The notes: generated by a model not told the origin, from the sequence alone. A DNA stretch of 64,000 nucleotides from Chloroflexota bacterium (GCA_014360755.1 JACIWX010000006.1:27748-91747), one strand, 5' to 3'. Positions 8,441-18,108 are shown, counted from the stretch's first letter. Made by a program: numbers and translations.

Positions 8441-9290
8441 CCAGTTACCATCGGGTAGAGCAGGAGATAGCCAATGCGCGGCTGGAAGCCCATCTGGTAC
8501 GGCGCAAGGTGAGCCGGAGTTAGCCGTAGTGGTGTTGACGAAGAACGAAGAGGGCAATATCCGCGATTGCTTGCAAAGCGTCTGCTGGGCTGATCGGCTG
8601 TATGTGCTGGACTCACTGAGCAGCGATGGCACGGTGGAACTGGCGAGCCAGGCTGGTGCGGAAGTGCGTCAACGTCCCTTTGTTAACTATGCGGATCAGC
8701 GTAATGCGGCTTTGGAGATGTTCCCTGCACAGTGGATTTTCTTTGTGGATGCCGATGAGCGCGGCACGCCGGAATTGGGCGAGGAAATACGGCGCGTCAT
8801 TCGGCAGGAGGATGCGGTGGGATGGTGGGTGCCACGACGGAACTATATTTGGGGACGTTGGATACGCCACGCAGGATGGTATCCGGATTACCAGTTACGT
8901 TTGCTGAAGCGGGGCTTTGCGCGCTATGACCCAATACGCGAGGTACACGAGATCGTCATCTTGAATGGCGCGGAAGGCTACTTACAGAATCCGCTGATCC
9001 ATTACAACTATGCCACCGTGCGCCAGTTTCTGCAGAAGCAGGATTTCTATGCCACTTATGAAGCCGACGTTTTCATCAAGCAAGGCATACGGCCTCGCCC
9101 GCACCATTTTGTCTCGCAGCCGCTGCGCGAGTTCCTCCGCCGCTATTGGACGCTGCAAGGCTACAAGGACGGGGGGCATGGGTTGTTGCTGAGCCTGCTC
9201 ATGGCTTACTACACCTTCATAGCCTACTGGCGGGCATGTAAGATGATTGATAGCCCATGCCACTGTGTAGGAACTGTTAGCAAGGGCTAG
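8430..9290 (+). CDS. Family 2 glycosyltransferase (LPS-core/WaaE-like).
   Basis: LAVVVLTKNEEGNIRDCLQSV...YVLDSLSSDGT. The true start is probably a GTG near 8527, after a GGAG motif. The track start at 8430 overlaps the previous stop. Confidence 0.8.
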   Translation: MCGSQLPSGRAGDSQCAAGSPSGTAQGEPELAVVVLTKNEEGNIRDCLQSVCWADRLYVLDSLSSDGTVELASQAGAEVRQRPFVNYADQRNAALEMFPAQWIFFVDADERGTPELGEEIRRVIRQEDAVGWWVPRRNYIWGRWIRHAGWYPDYQLRLLKRGFARYDPIREVHEIVILNGAEGYLQNPLIHYNYATVRQFLQKQDFYATYEADVFIKQGIRPRPHHFVSQPLREFLRRYWTLQGYKDGGHGLLLSLLMAYYTFIAYWRACKMIDSPCHCVGTVSKG

Positions 9291-9520
9291 GTTTCCGTCT
9301 GCATCTATTCACGCTGTAGAGGGATGGGGTCCAAGCGCCAGCATCCCAAGCCTCTCGCTTCTGTACGATCGTCTGCTCATTCCAAGCCCAAACCTCGCCA
9401 AAGATGGTGTTGTTCGATATACCCGAAAATTCAAAACTGGCGAAGAGCTGCGTGCCTCCGCTGGGCTGATGGGTCGGCCGTCGTCCGTAGCATCGCGGCT
9501 GAATTTTGTCAAAATGTGGC

Positions 9521-9549
9521 TTGTGCTTCCATCGCCTATATGCTATACT
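9521..9549 (+). promoter_or_regulatory. Putative sigma70-type promoter of the helicase-nuclease-recJ operon, nearly leaderless.
   Basis: TTGTGC (9521-9526), a 17-nt spacer, then TATACT (9544-9549). The ATG at 9561 lies about 5-8 nt from the predicted transcription start. Confidence 0.3.
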
Positions 9550-9560
9550 AATGCTTGATC

Positions 9561-11699
9561 ATGGCTGATATCGAATTAACCCCCGAACAGAAAAGTCTCG
9601 TTCTGATGCCTGTTGGTGAGCCACGCACGGTTTTCCTGGAGGGACCGGCTGGCTGCGGCAAGACGACGGTGGCAGTGCAACGGTTGCTCTACCTCCTGGA
9701 TGTGGGTGTGCGCGCCGATCACATTCTGGTATGGGTGCCGCAACGTTCACTAGGCTGGCCTTATGTTGAGGCACTCCGCCGTCCAACGATCCCTGCCGGA
9801 GCACGGGTGGATGTGCTCAGCGTGGATGGGCTTGCGCGGAGGGCGCTAGACCTTTTCTGGCCGGTGATCGCCGAACGGGCTGGTTTCAACCCCACGCAAG
9901 AACCCAGGTTCCTGACGCTGGAGACGGCACAGTACTATATGGATCAGGTCTTGGAGCCATTCATCCGGGAGGGGGCTTTCGGTGATGTGACGGTGTCGCG
10001 CAACCGTTTGCTGAGCCAGATTATTGATAACTTGAACAAGGCAGCCTTGGTTGGCTTTCCACACACAGAGATTGGGGCACGCTTGATCGCAGCCTGGAAT
10101 GGGCCCAGCAGCCGTGAGAGGGTGTACGAGGCGGTGCAGCGTGCGGCGAATGCCTTCCGTGAGTATTGTCTGCAGCACAACTTGCTGGATTTTTCGTTGC
10201 AAGTGGAGACGTTCATCCGTCATGTATGGCCGCAATCAGAATGCCGCGCTTATCTCCTGCGGCGCTACCGCCATTTGATTGCGGATAATTTGGAAGAGGA
10301 TATTCCTGTAGCCCATGATTTGCTGCGGGAGTGGCTGGAGCAAGCTGCCTCTGCTCTGTTGGTGTATGATCAGGATGGGGGTTTTCGGACTTATCTGGGT
10401 GCGGATCCCGAAGGGGCGCTGGCATTGGGAGAGCGGTGTGATCAGAGGGTGATCCTAGACAAGCCGTTTGTTCCCTCGCCAGCCGTGCAGGCGTTGGGCA
10501 ATGGCCTGGCGAAGCAAGCCACAGGGAAGCGCCCCCACCCAGCCGAACCTCTTCCCGATGCGACACAATTGGAAGAGGCGTTGCGCTTTGTGGAAGGGCA
10601 TTTCCATACCGCCATGCTGCACAATGTGGTGGAGGAGGTGCTGCATTTGGTGATGGATGAAGGCGTAGCGCCGGGCCAGATTGCGATATTGGCGCCCTTT
10701 GTAGATGATGCCCTACGCTTTACGCTCATGACGGAGTTCGAACGCCATGGCGTGCCGGTGCGTTCGCACCGTCCATCGCGCGCCTTGCGGGAAGAGCCGG
10801 CAGTGCGCTGCTTGCTGACACTGGCGCAATTGGCACATCCACAATGGGAGATGTGCCCACCGCGCAATGACGTCGCGCAGGCATTGGTGCAGGCAATCGC
10901 AGGTCTGGATTGGGTGCGTGCCAGTTACCTTACCGAAATTGTTTACACTACGAAAGAGCATCGTCCCCATTTGTATCCCTTTGGGCAGCTTCAACCAGAG
11001 GTGCAAGAGCGGATCACGTTCAGCCTAGGAACCCGCTACGGCGACTTGCTGCGCTGGATGGAAGCCTATATGGCAGCGCCGCCTTTGCCACTGGATCTGT
11101 TCTTTAGTAGGTTGTTTGATGAATTGCTGGCAAAGCCAGGCTACGGTTTTCATAATCATTACGATGCCGCGGCTGCCGCTGCCCACTTGATTGAGTCGGT
11201 GCGCAAATTCCGCTGGGCGCTGGATGTGGCGGATGTGGATGAATTGGGCAAGCGTTATATCCGCATGGTAGAAGGGGGAGTCGTAGCAGCGCAATACTTG
11301 CGCGGCTGGCGATCTGCAGAGCAGAATGCAGTATTCATTGCTCCTGCCTACACCTTTTTAGCCGAGAACCGCCCGGTTGATTACCAGTTTTGGCTCAATG
11401 CCAACAGCCTCTCCTGGGGGCGGCGCTTGTACCAGCCACTGACTCATCCCTTTGTGCTTACCCGGCATTGGCCGCCCGGACGCCGTTGGGACGAAGAGGA
11501 TGAGTTCCAGGCTGGGCAAACCATGCTGCGGCGTGTCGTGCTAGGGTTGCTGCGTCGTTGCCGCGTGCGGGTATATCTGGGGATCAGCGAGTTGAATCCC
11601 CGTGGCCGTGAGGAGCGAGGACCATTGTTGGATTGGGTGCAGCGGATGCTGCGCGAGGTTGCCCTCACCCCTAGCCCATCACCCGAGGATAGAGGGTAG
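9561..11699 (+). CDS. UvrD-like SF1 helicase paralogue with an intact Walker A but degenerate downstream helicase motifs (AddB/RexB-like inactive helicase).
   Basis: GPAGCGKTTVAVQRLLYLL resembles UvrD motif I. The later motifs are degraded: WVPQRS replaces the TFTN(K/R)AA motif, and LLDFSLQ replaces LLDFDDLL. No DExx or VGDxxQ motif was recognised. Confidence 0.8.
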   Translation: MADIELTPEQKSLVLMPVGEPRTVFLEGPAGCGKTTVAVQRLLYLLDVGVRADHILVWVPQRSLGWPYVEALRRPTIPAGARVDVLSVDGLARRALDLFWPVIAERAGFNPTQEPRFLTLETAQYYMDQVLEPFIREGAFGDVTVSRNRLLSQIIDNLNKAALVGFPHTEIGARLIAAWNGPSSRERVYEAVQRAANAFREYCLQHNLLDFSLQVETFIRHVWPQSECRAYLLRRYRHLIADNLEEDIPVAHDLLREWLEQAASALLVYDQDGGFRTYLGADPEGALALGERCDQRVILDKPFVPSPAVQALGNGLAKQATGKRPHPAEPLPDATQLEEALRFVEGHFHTAMLHNVVEEVLHLVMDEGVAPGQIAILAPFVDDALRFTLMTEFERHGVPVRSHRPSRALREEPAVRCLLTLAQLAHPQWEMCPPRNDVAQALVQAIAGLDWVRASYLTEIVYTTKEHRPHLYPFGQLQPEVQERITFSLGTRYGDLLRWMEAYMAAPPLPLDLFFSRLFDELLAKPGYGFHNHYDAAAAAAHLIESVRKFRWALDVADVDELGKRYIRMVEGGVVAAQYLRGWRSAEQNAVFIAPAYTFLAENRPVDYQFWLNANSLSWGRRLYQPLTHPFVLTRHWPPGRRWDEEDEFQAGQTMLRRVVLGLLRRCRVRVYLGISELNPRGREERGPLLDWVQRMLREVALTPSPSPEDRG

Positions 11700-11703
11700 G
11701 AAT

Positions 11704-14001
11704 ATGTTTCGACCACGACGGGGGCAGCAAGAGGTATTGGCTTACCGTGGGGGGCTGATGGGGGTGGCAGCAGTGCCTGGTAGCGGCAAGACGGAAGTGC
11801 TCTCCGCCCTGGCAGCAAAACTAGTGGCTACCAGCCTGGATGAAGGGCAGGAAGTGCTGATTGTTACCCTGGTTAATTCGGCGGTGGACAATTTCACCGC
11901 ACGCATCCGGAGATTTTTACGGGAGGAATACAAACTCCTGCCTGGTATGGGCTACCGTGTGCGCACGCTGCATGGCTTATCGCATGACATTGTGCGCGAG
12001 CGCCCAGGTCTGGTAGGATTAGCAGATGACTTTGCAATCGCGGATGAACGAGAAGCAAGGGGCATCCTCGAAGATGCGGTGTATTCCTGGTTGCGCACGC
12101 ATCCTGACTTGCTGGAAATGTATCTCAGCACGGAACTGGAAGAATGGCGCGTGCGCGTTGTTGCCAAAGACTGGTGGCCTGATGAGGCTTGCGAAGTGGC
12201 GAACGCCTTTATCCATCGTGCCAAAGACCGACAGTGGACGCCAGAGATGCTGCGGAGCTGGCTTTTGCTACGGGATGAACGTTTGCCTTTGGCGGAGTTT
12301 TGCATTGATGTCTATGCAGATTACCAGCGCAGTTTATCCTACCGCGGCAAAGTGGATTTCGATGATTTGGTGGCTTATGCGATTACGGCGCTGCGGTTGG
12401 ACAAGGATTATCTCGGGCGCTTGCAATATCGCTGGCCTTTCATTTTGGAAGATGAGGCGCAGGATTCGAGCGAGTTACAGCAGGACTTGTTGGCATTGCT
12501 GGCTGGGCCAAATGGGCGCTGGGTGAGGGTGGGCGATCCCAACCAAGCCGTGTACTACACTTTCACGACGGCTAACCCGCGCCTATTGCGCGAATTTTTG
12601 GAACGCCCTGAAGTGCAGACTGTAGAAATGTTGGAGTCAGGACGTTCAGCCCGCCCCATCATCGAGTTAGCCAATTATCTGTTGGATTGGACTGTGAACG
12701 AGCACCCGTTGGAAGAAGCACGGTTGGCTTTTCGACCGCAACATATCTTACCCACCGCTGAAGGCGATGCGCAGCCCAACCCGCCTGACGAAGAGTGTCG
12801 CATCTACTTTCATCCGGGGCGGCTGACACCGGATGGCGAAATACGCACAGTAGTCAAATCGCTCGCCAAGTGGGTGCCAGCGCACAGGGAGCAAACGGTT
12901 GCTGTGCTGGTGCCGGATAACGAGCGGGGTTTCAAGTTCGCTGAGGCACTGCGTCAAAAGGGCCTGGCTTGTGTGGAATTGCTCAATAGCACTGGGCCGA
13001 CCCGGGATACGGCAGGCATTTTGGAAGCGATTTTGATGCACTTGGCGGATCCAGACAACCCCAAACGGCTAGGACCGGCATTTCTGGCTTGGCATTGGCG
13101 CGAGCGGGTGGATAAGGAACGCTACCTGTATTTAACCCGGCTGTCGCGCTTGCTGGGGAAGTGTATGAAAGTAGAAGATTATCTATGGCCACGCCTGGGC
13201 GTGGATTGGCTGCGCGAGCAAGATTTTAGCGAGGATGATGAGGCATTTGCCCTCTTGGCTGAATTCCGCGAAAAGGCACAGCGCTGGCATAAGGCAGCAG
13301 GTTTGCCAATTGATCAATTGATACTCACTTTATCCCAAGATCTGTTCGATGAGCCGGCTGATTTAGCTCGTGCGTACCACTTTGCAGTAGTACTGCGCGA
13401 TTACAGCGAGGCTAACCCAGCGTGGCGTTTGGCTGATCTGGCGCAGGAATTGCATGTTATCGCGCGCAATGAGCGGCGTTTTATAGGCTTGTCTGCCGAG
13501 GACACGGGTTTTGACCCAGAACGCTACAAGGGACAGGTGGTGGTTGCGACCATGCATCGCGCCAAGGGGCTAGAGTGGGATCGCGTGCATCTCACAGCGG
13601 TAAATAACTATGATTTCCCTTCTGGGGAGGAGATTGACCGCTACAAGAGTGAACGCTGGTATGTACGCGGCGATTTGAACCTGGTGGCGGAAGCGTTGGG
13701 GCAATTGGAAGCATTGCGTCCTGGTGGAAAGCCGTATGTGGAGGGGGAGCCCTCTCGGAAAGCGCGCCTTGAGTACATCCGGGAACGATTGCGCCTTCTC
13801 TATGTGGGCATTACGCGGGCGAAACGAGAACTGATCGTAACGTGGAATACAGGCAAGAACGAAAGGGACCCTAAAACGCCGGCATTGCCTTTCACAGTTT
13901 TGCGCACCTATTGGGAAGGAACAGCCTCCAAAAAGTTCGCCGCATTGAGCCCACAGAAGGATGAACAGAAGGAGAAGGGAGGAGGAACGCATGGTCCCTG
14001 A
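11704..14001 (+). CDS. UvrD/REP-family ATP-dependent DNA helicase with no nuclease domain.
   Basis: Walker A AVPGSGKTEVL, motif II DEAQDSSELQ, motif III VGDPNQAVYYTF and motif VI ATMHRAKGLEWDRVHL. The ATG lies 2 nt after the upstream stop. Confidence 0.85.
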   Translation: MFRPRRGQQEVLAYRGGLMGVAAVPGSGKTEVLSALAAKLVATSLDEGQEVLIVTLVNSAVDNFTARIRRFLREEYKLLPGMGYRVRTLHGLSHDIVRERPGLVGLADDFAIADEREARGILEDAVYSWLRTHPDLLEMYLSTELEEWRVRVVAKDWWPDEACEVANAFIHRAKDRQWTPEMLRSWLLLRDERLPLAEFCIDVYADYQRSLSYRGKVDFDDLVAYAITALRLDKDYLGRLQYRWPFILEDEAQDSSELQQDLLALLAGPNGRWVRVGDPNQAVYYTFTTANPRLLREFLERPEVQTVEMLESGRSARPIIELANYLLDWTVNEHPLEEARLAFRPQHILPTAEGDAQPNPPDEECRIYFHPGRLTPDGEIRTVVKSLAKWVPAHREQTVAVLVPDNERGFKFAEALRQKGLACVELLNSTGPTRDTAGILEAILMHLADPDNPKRLGPAFLAWHWRERVDKERYLYLTRLSRLLGKCMKVEDYLWPRLGVDWLREQDFSEDDEAFALLAEFREKAQRWHKAAGLPIDQLILTLSQDLFDEPADLARAYHFAVVLRDYSEANPAWRLADLAQELHVIARNERRFIGLSAEDTGFDPERYKGQVVVATMHRAKGLEWDRVHLTAVNNYDFPSGEEIDRYKSERWYVRGDLNLVAEALGQLEALRPGGKPYVEGEPSRKARLEYIRERLRLLYVGITRAKRELIVTWNTGKNERDPKTPALPFTVLRTYWEGTASKKFAALSPQKDEQKEKGGGTHGP

Positions 14002-14860
14002 AGGCTTTGTCTTCAGCCAAAGCAGCCTGCAGGACTATATGGATTGTCCGCGGCGCTTCCAATTGCGCTATTTGGAGCAGTGTCTCTGGCCTGCGCCGGA
14101 GACGGCGGATGCACTGGATTTTGAACGGTTCATGCAGCGAGGCCAGGCGTTTCACCGCTTGTTGCGCCAGCTTTATAGCGGTGTGCCGCGGGAAGCCTTG
14201 GAGGCAGTGGCAATGGCTGATCCTGACTTGGCACGTTGGTGGCTGAATTATCGTCATGCCTCGCCACAGGATTTGCCAACTGCAGTACAGGAAGCGGAGG
14301 TGGCTTTGTCTGTGGCTATTGCGCTGCCTGAGCAGGGAGAGCGCGCTGAGGGCGGAGATGGACGCTTTCGCCTGGAGGCGCGCTATGATTTGCTGGCAGG
14401 GGAGCCAGGCGGACGTTGGGTCATTGTGGACTGGAAGACAGGGCAGCACCGCAACAGTCGCGCCTGGCTGCAGCAGCGGTTGCAGACACGTATTTACCCT
14501 TATGTGCTGGTACAGGCTGGCGCTATGTTCAATCAGGGTGAGCCGATTGCTCCACAGCAGGTGGAAATGCTGTATTGGTTTGCCGAGTTCCCTGCCCAGC
14601 CGGAGCGTTTTTCCTATAGTGAAGAGCAATTTGCTGCAGATGCCGCTTTTTTGGCTGATTTGGTGTACGAGATCGCAAGGCGGCCTGAGGAGGTATTCCC
14701 CAAAACAGAGCAGCGCCGCTTGTGTCGCTATTGCGTATATCGCTCTCTGTGCTGGACAGACGTGGAAGCTGGCTTGCTCGCTGAGGCGGGGGAGGTGGAA
14801 GCAGTTGAAGCCGCTTTGGAAGACCTCGACTTGGAAAGCATCGCCCCGATTCCGTTCTAG
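13991..14860 (+). CDS. PD-(D/E)XK nuclease of the Cas4 / AddB-nuclease type with an Fe-S cysteine staple.
   Basis: N-terminal Cys in DYMDCPRRFQLRY, IVDWKTG (DxK), QxxxY-like IYPYVL, and C-terminal CRYCVYRSLC (Cx2Cx5C). It overlaps the upstream helicase by 11 nt and has a GGGAGGAGG SD. Confidence 0.85.
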   Translation: MVPEGFVFSQSSLQDYMDCPRRFQLRYLEQCLWPAPETADALDFERFMQRGQAFHRLLRQLYSGVPREALEAVAMADPDLARWWLNYRHASPQDLPTAVQEAEVALSVAIALPEQGERAEGGDGRFRLEARYDLLAGEPGGRWVIVDWKTGQHRNSRAWLQQRLQTRIYPYVLVQAGAMFNQGEPIAPQQVEMLYWFAEFPAQPERFSYSEEQFAADAAFLADLVYEIARRPEEVFPKTEQRRLCRYCVYRSLCWTDVEAGLLAEAGEVEAVEAALEDLDLESIAPIPF

Positions 14861-14866
14861 AGAGGG

Positions 14867-17164
14867 TTGCTGATGAAATGGGTAGAGCCGCCGCCGGTTG
14901 AGGTGCCGGCAGAATTACAAGCAGCCGTGGGTGGGCATCCACTGGTGGCGAAAGCGTTGGTGGAGCGCGGCTTGAGCACGCCGCATGCTGCGCTGGCTTT
15001 TCTAGATCCAGCCTATTATCGCCCGTCCTCGCCACTAGAATTGCCTGATATGGCAGCAGCCGTGGAGCGATTACAGAGCGCCATTGCCCGAGGGGAACGC
15101 ATTCTCGTGTGGGGTGACTTTGATGTGGATGGTTTGACAGCCACGGCTTTGCTAGTGGAAGCACTGCGGGCGCTGGGGGCGCAGGTAGACTGGTACATTC
15201 CTGACCGTCGCACGGAATCGCATGGTGTTCATTGGCGCTCGTTGCAGCCTTTTCTGGGGCGGGGAGTACGCGTGCTCTTGACCTGTGATACAGGGATATC
15301 CGCGCACGAGGTGGTGGCGTTGGCGCAACACGCGGGATTGGATGTGCTCATTACGGATCACCACGCGCTACCCCCTACACTGCCGCAGGCACAGGCCATT
15401 GTAAACCCCCGGCGCTTGCCAAGCGAGCATCCCCTATACCATCTGTCCGGTGTGGGCGTAGCTTACAAACTCGCAGAAGCGCTGGGCGTAGGTGAAAAAG
15501 GGTTGGATTTGGTTGTGCTGGGGCTGGTGGCGGATGTGGTGCCGCTGCAGGGAGAGGTGCGCTATCTTGTACAACGCGGGCTACAGATGCTACGCCAAGT
15601 GAGACGTGTGGGGCTGCAAGCGCTATTAGAGGTCGCCGAAATCGGCCCCGATGCATTGGATGAGGATCAGATTAGCTATGCCTTAGCGCCGCGTTTGAAT
15701 GCCCTTGGCCGAATGACGGACGCTTCTGTGGGGGTGGAACTTTTCCTGACGGAAGACCTAGCCCGGGCGCGTGTGATCGCTGCGGAGATGGAGGCATGGA
15801 ATGTACGCCGTCAATTTCTCAGCCAGCAAGTGTTTGTTGCCGCGCAGGAACAGATTGAGAAGGACCGTTCTTTGTTGTCCCAGCCGGTGCTGGTGCTGTC
15901 CCATCCCCAGTGGCCCACTGGGGTGCTGGGTATTGCTGCCGGACGCCTAGCCGAGCGCTACAACCGGCCGGTGGTACTCCTCTCTGCGCCACCTGGTGGG
16001 ATGGCGCGTGCTTCCGCGCGCTCTGTGCCTGGCGTGGATCTCTATGCCGCATTGGCTGCACATAGCCGGCTGCTGGCTAGTTTTGGTGGCCACCCTATGG
16101 CGGCTGGCTTTTCTATTGCGCTTGATCGTATCCCCGAATTGAGACGTTTGCTGGTAGAGACGGTGGCAGCGCAGATTGGTGTGTTGCCACCAGAACGCGA
16201 GTTACCCATTGCAACCTACCTTTCCCTGCCCGATCTTACTTTGGAGTTGTTGGATGAGGTAGCGCGTCTAGCGCCGTTTGGGCCAGGCAATCCACCGTTG
16301 TATTTGGCATCACGGCGGTTGCGTGTGACCGCCGAGCGCACTATTGGACGCATAGGCGAACATCGCCGGTTGGAGGTACAGGATGAAGAGGGACATGCAT
16401 TGCCAGCAGTGTGGTGGCAAAGCGCTGATTTGCCTGTGCCCGAGGGTCTTTTTGACCTGGCTTATGTGCTGCGTGCAGGGAATTTTGCCAGAGAGCGTAC
16501 TCTCTACCTGGAATGGATTGACGCGCATATAGTGGAAAAGCCAGTGGTGGAGAGGATTGTGCCCACCATAGCCATTGCTGTGGCAGACTATCGTACGGTC
16601 AAGGAGCCATTACCGATTTTACAGGCGTTGTGGGAAGAAGGGACGATGGCGCTTTGGGCAGAAGCGGTGGCAGTTCCTGGCTTTCCGGCGCATGGAAGGA
16701 GCGATCTGCAGCCCAACTCTATCCTGGTGGTATGGACGATTCCACCGGGTCCAAGGGTGTGGAAGCAAGTTCTGCATCGTGTGCAGCCCTCACAGGTATT
16801 TTTGTTCGGCGTGGATCCAGGATTGGATACCGTGGATGCCTTCTTACGCCGCCTGACGGGGCTGGTCAAGCATGCCCTCAGTGCTTACAATGGTAAATTG
16901 AACTGGGAGGCGCTGGCGACTGCCATGGCTCATTGCGAGGAGACGGTGCAAGCGGGCGTGCGCTGGTTGATGGCTCATGGATTGGTGTCTCCGGTGACAC
17001 AACAAGGGGATATCCTCATTGTGGAGGGCGGAGGGCACACTGATGAGGCGGCTGAGCGTCGGGTGCGGCGCGAACTGGAAGAGTTGCTGCACGAGACAGC
17101 GGCGTACCGCGCCTATTTTCGCGAGGCAGATGCAAGGAGGCTGGTGGCATGGGATATGTTGTAG
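14867..17164 (+). CDS. recJ: Single-stranded-DNA-specific 5'-3' exonuclease RecJ.
   Basis: DHH motifs (ILVWGDFDVDGLTATALL; LITDHH), a DHHA1 region and an OB-fold C-terminal extension. The start lies 6 nt after the nuclease gene stop. Confidence 0.9.
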   Translation: MLMKWVEPPPVEVPAELQAAVGGHPLVAKALVERGLSTPHAALAFLDPAYYRPSSPLELPDMAAAVERLQSAIARGERILVWGDFDVDGLTATALLVEALRALGAQVDWYIPDRRTESHGVHWRSLQPFLGRGVRVLLTCDTGISAHEVVALAQHAGLDVLITDHHALPPTLPQAQAIVNPRRLPSEHPLYHLSGVGVAYKLAEALGVGEKGLDLVVLGLVADVVPLQGEVRYLVQRGLQMLRQVRRVGLQALLEVAEIGPDALDEDQISYALAPRLNALGRMTDASVGVELFLTEDLARARVIAAEMEAWNVRRQFLSQQVFVAAQEQIEKDRSLLSQPVLVLSHPQWPTGVLGIAAGRLAERYNRPVVLLSAPPGGMARASARSVPGVDLYAALAAHSRLLASFGGHPMAAGFSIALDRIPELRRLLVETVAAQIGVLPPERELPIATYLSLPDLTLELLDEVARLAPFGPGNPPLYLASRRLRVTAERTIGRIGEHRRLEVQDEEGHALPAVWWQSADLPVPEGLFDLAYVLRAGNFARERTLYLEWIDAHIVEKPVVERIVPTIAIAVADYRTVKEPLPILQALWEEGTMALWAEAVAVPGFPAHGRSDLQPNSILVVWTIPPGPRVWKQVLHRVQPSQVFLFGVDPGLDTVDAFLRRLTGLVKHALSAYNGKLNWEALATAMAHCEETVQAGVRWLMAHGLVSPVTQQGDILIVEGGGHTDEAAERRVRRELEELLHETAAYRAYFREADARRLVAWDML

Positions 17165-18108
17165 GAGTGGACTTGGGCGGGACGCAGATCCGAGCCTGTC
17201 TAGCGGATATGAAAGGGAGTATTCTTTGCGAGGCTCGCCAGCCGACGCTGGCAAAAGAGGGGCTACAACCAGTATTGCAGCGTATGAAGGAAACGATCGC
17301 CCAAGTACTGCATGGCATCTCTGGAATAGAGGTCCTGGGCATTGGGGTAGGCTCGCCGGGGCCGCTTGATCCACGGACTGGCGTGGTGATTGCACCGCCT
17401 AACCTGCCGGGATGGCGCAATGTGCCATTGCGCGAGATCTTGTCGCAGGAATTTGGATTGCCGGTATATGTGAATAATGATGCCAATGTAGCAGCTCTGG
17501 CGGAGCAACGCTTCGGCGCAGGGCGCGGTTGTTCGGATATCGTGTATTTGACGATTAGCACGGGTATTGGGGGCGGTGTTATCAGCAGTGGGCAGTTGTT
17601 GCTGGGTGCGCATGGCTTAGCTGGGGAGCCGGGCCACACCACTGTCGAACCTGCGGGGCCACGCTGTAATTGTGGCAACGTAGGATGCCTGGAAATGATG
17701 GCGGCTGGCCCAGCTATTGCCCGCCATGCGCTGGATCTGATGCAGCAAGGCCAGCATTCGACCTTGTGGGCAGTGGTGCAGGGTGGGATGGAACTCACAG
17801 CAGAGATGGTGGGCAGGGCGGCACAGGAGGGGGATGATGTGGCATTGCAGGCCGTTGCGCGCGCAGCCCACTACCTGGGGATTGGTGTGTTGAACCTCAT
17901 TCATATTTTCGACCCAGATCGGGTGATTTTGGGCGGTGGGGTGAGTAAACTAGGTTCCCTACTTTTTGACCCGGTGCGCGCCTGGGTGCGAGAACACGCC
18001 ATGACCGATTTGCAGCGTGAGACGCCTGTTGTGCCAGCAGCATTGGGGGATCAGGTCGGATTGCTGGGGGCTGTAGCATGGGCAATGGACAGGATTTCGT
18101 CCTTGTAG
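17149..18108 (+). CDS. ROK-family glucokinase.
   Basis: VGVDLGGTQIRACLAD at the N-terminus and the CNCGNVGCLE zinc motif. It overlaps the recJ 3' end by 16 nt. Confidence 0.85.
   Translation: MGYVVGVDLGGTQIRACLADMKGSILCEARQPTLAKEGLQPVLQRMKETIAQVLHGISGIEVLGIGVGSPGPLDPRTGVVIAPPNLPGWRNVPLREILSQEFGLPVYVNNDANVAALAEQRFGAGRGCSDIVYLTISTGIGGGVISSGQLLLGAHGLAGEPGHTTVEPAGPRCNCGNVGCLEMMAAGPAIARHALDLMQQGQHSTLWAVVQGGMELTAEMVGRAAQEGDDVALQAVARAAHYLGIGVLNLIHIFDPDRVILGGGVSKLGSLLFDPVRAWVREHAMTDLQRETPVVPAALGDQVGLLGAVAWAMDRISSL

Noticed and set aside
9324-9551. Plus-strand Lys/Arg-rich 75-aa ORF upstream of the helicase operon.
   Set aside because: It overlaps the predicted promoter and has no SD. The composition is typical of a random frame in GC-rich intergenic DNA.
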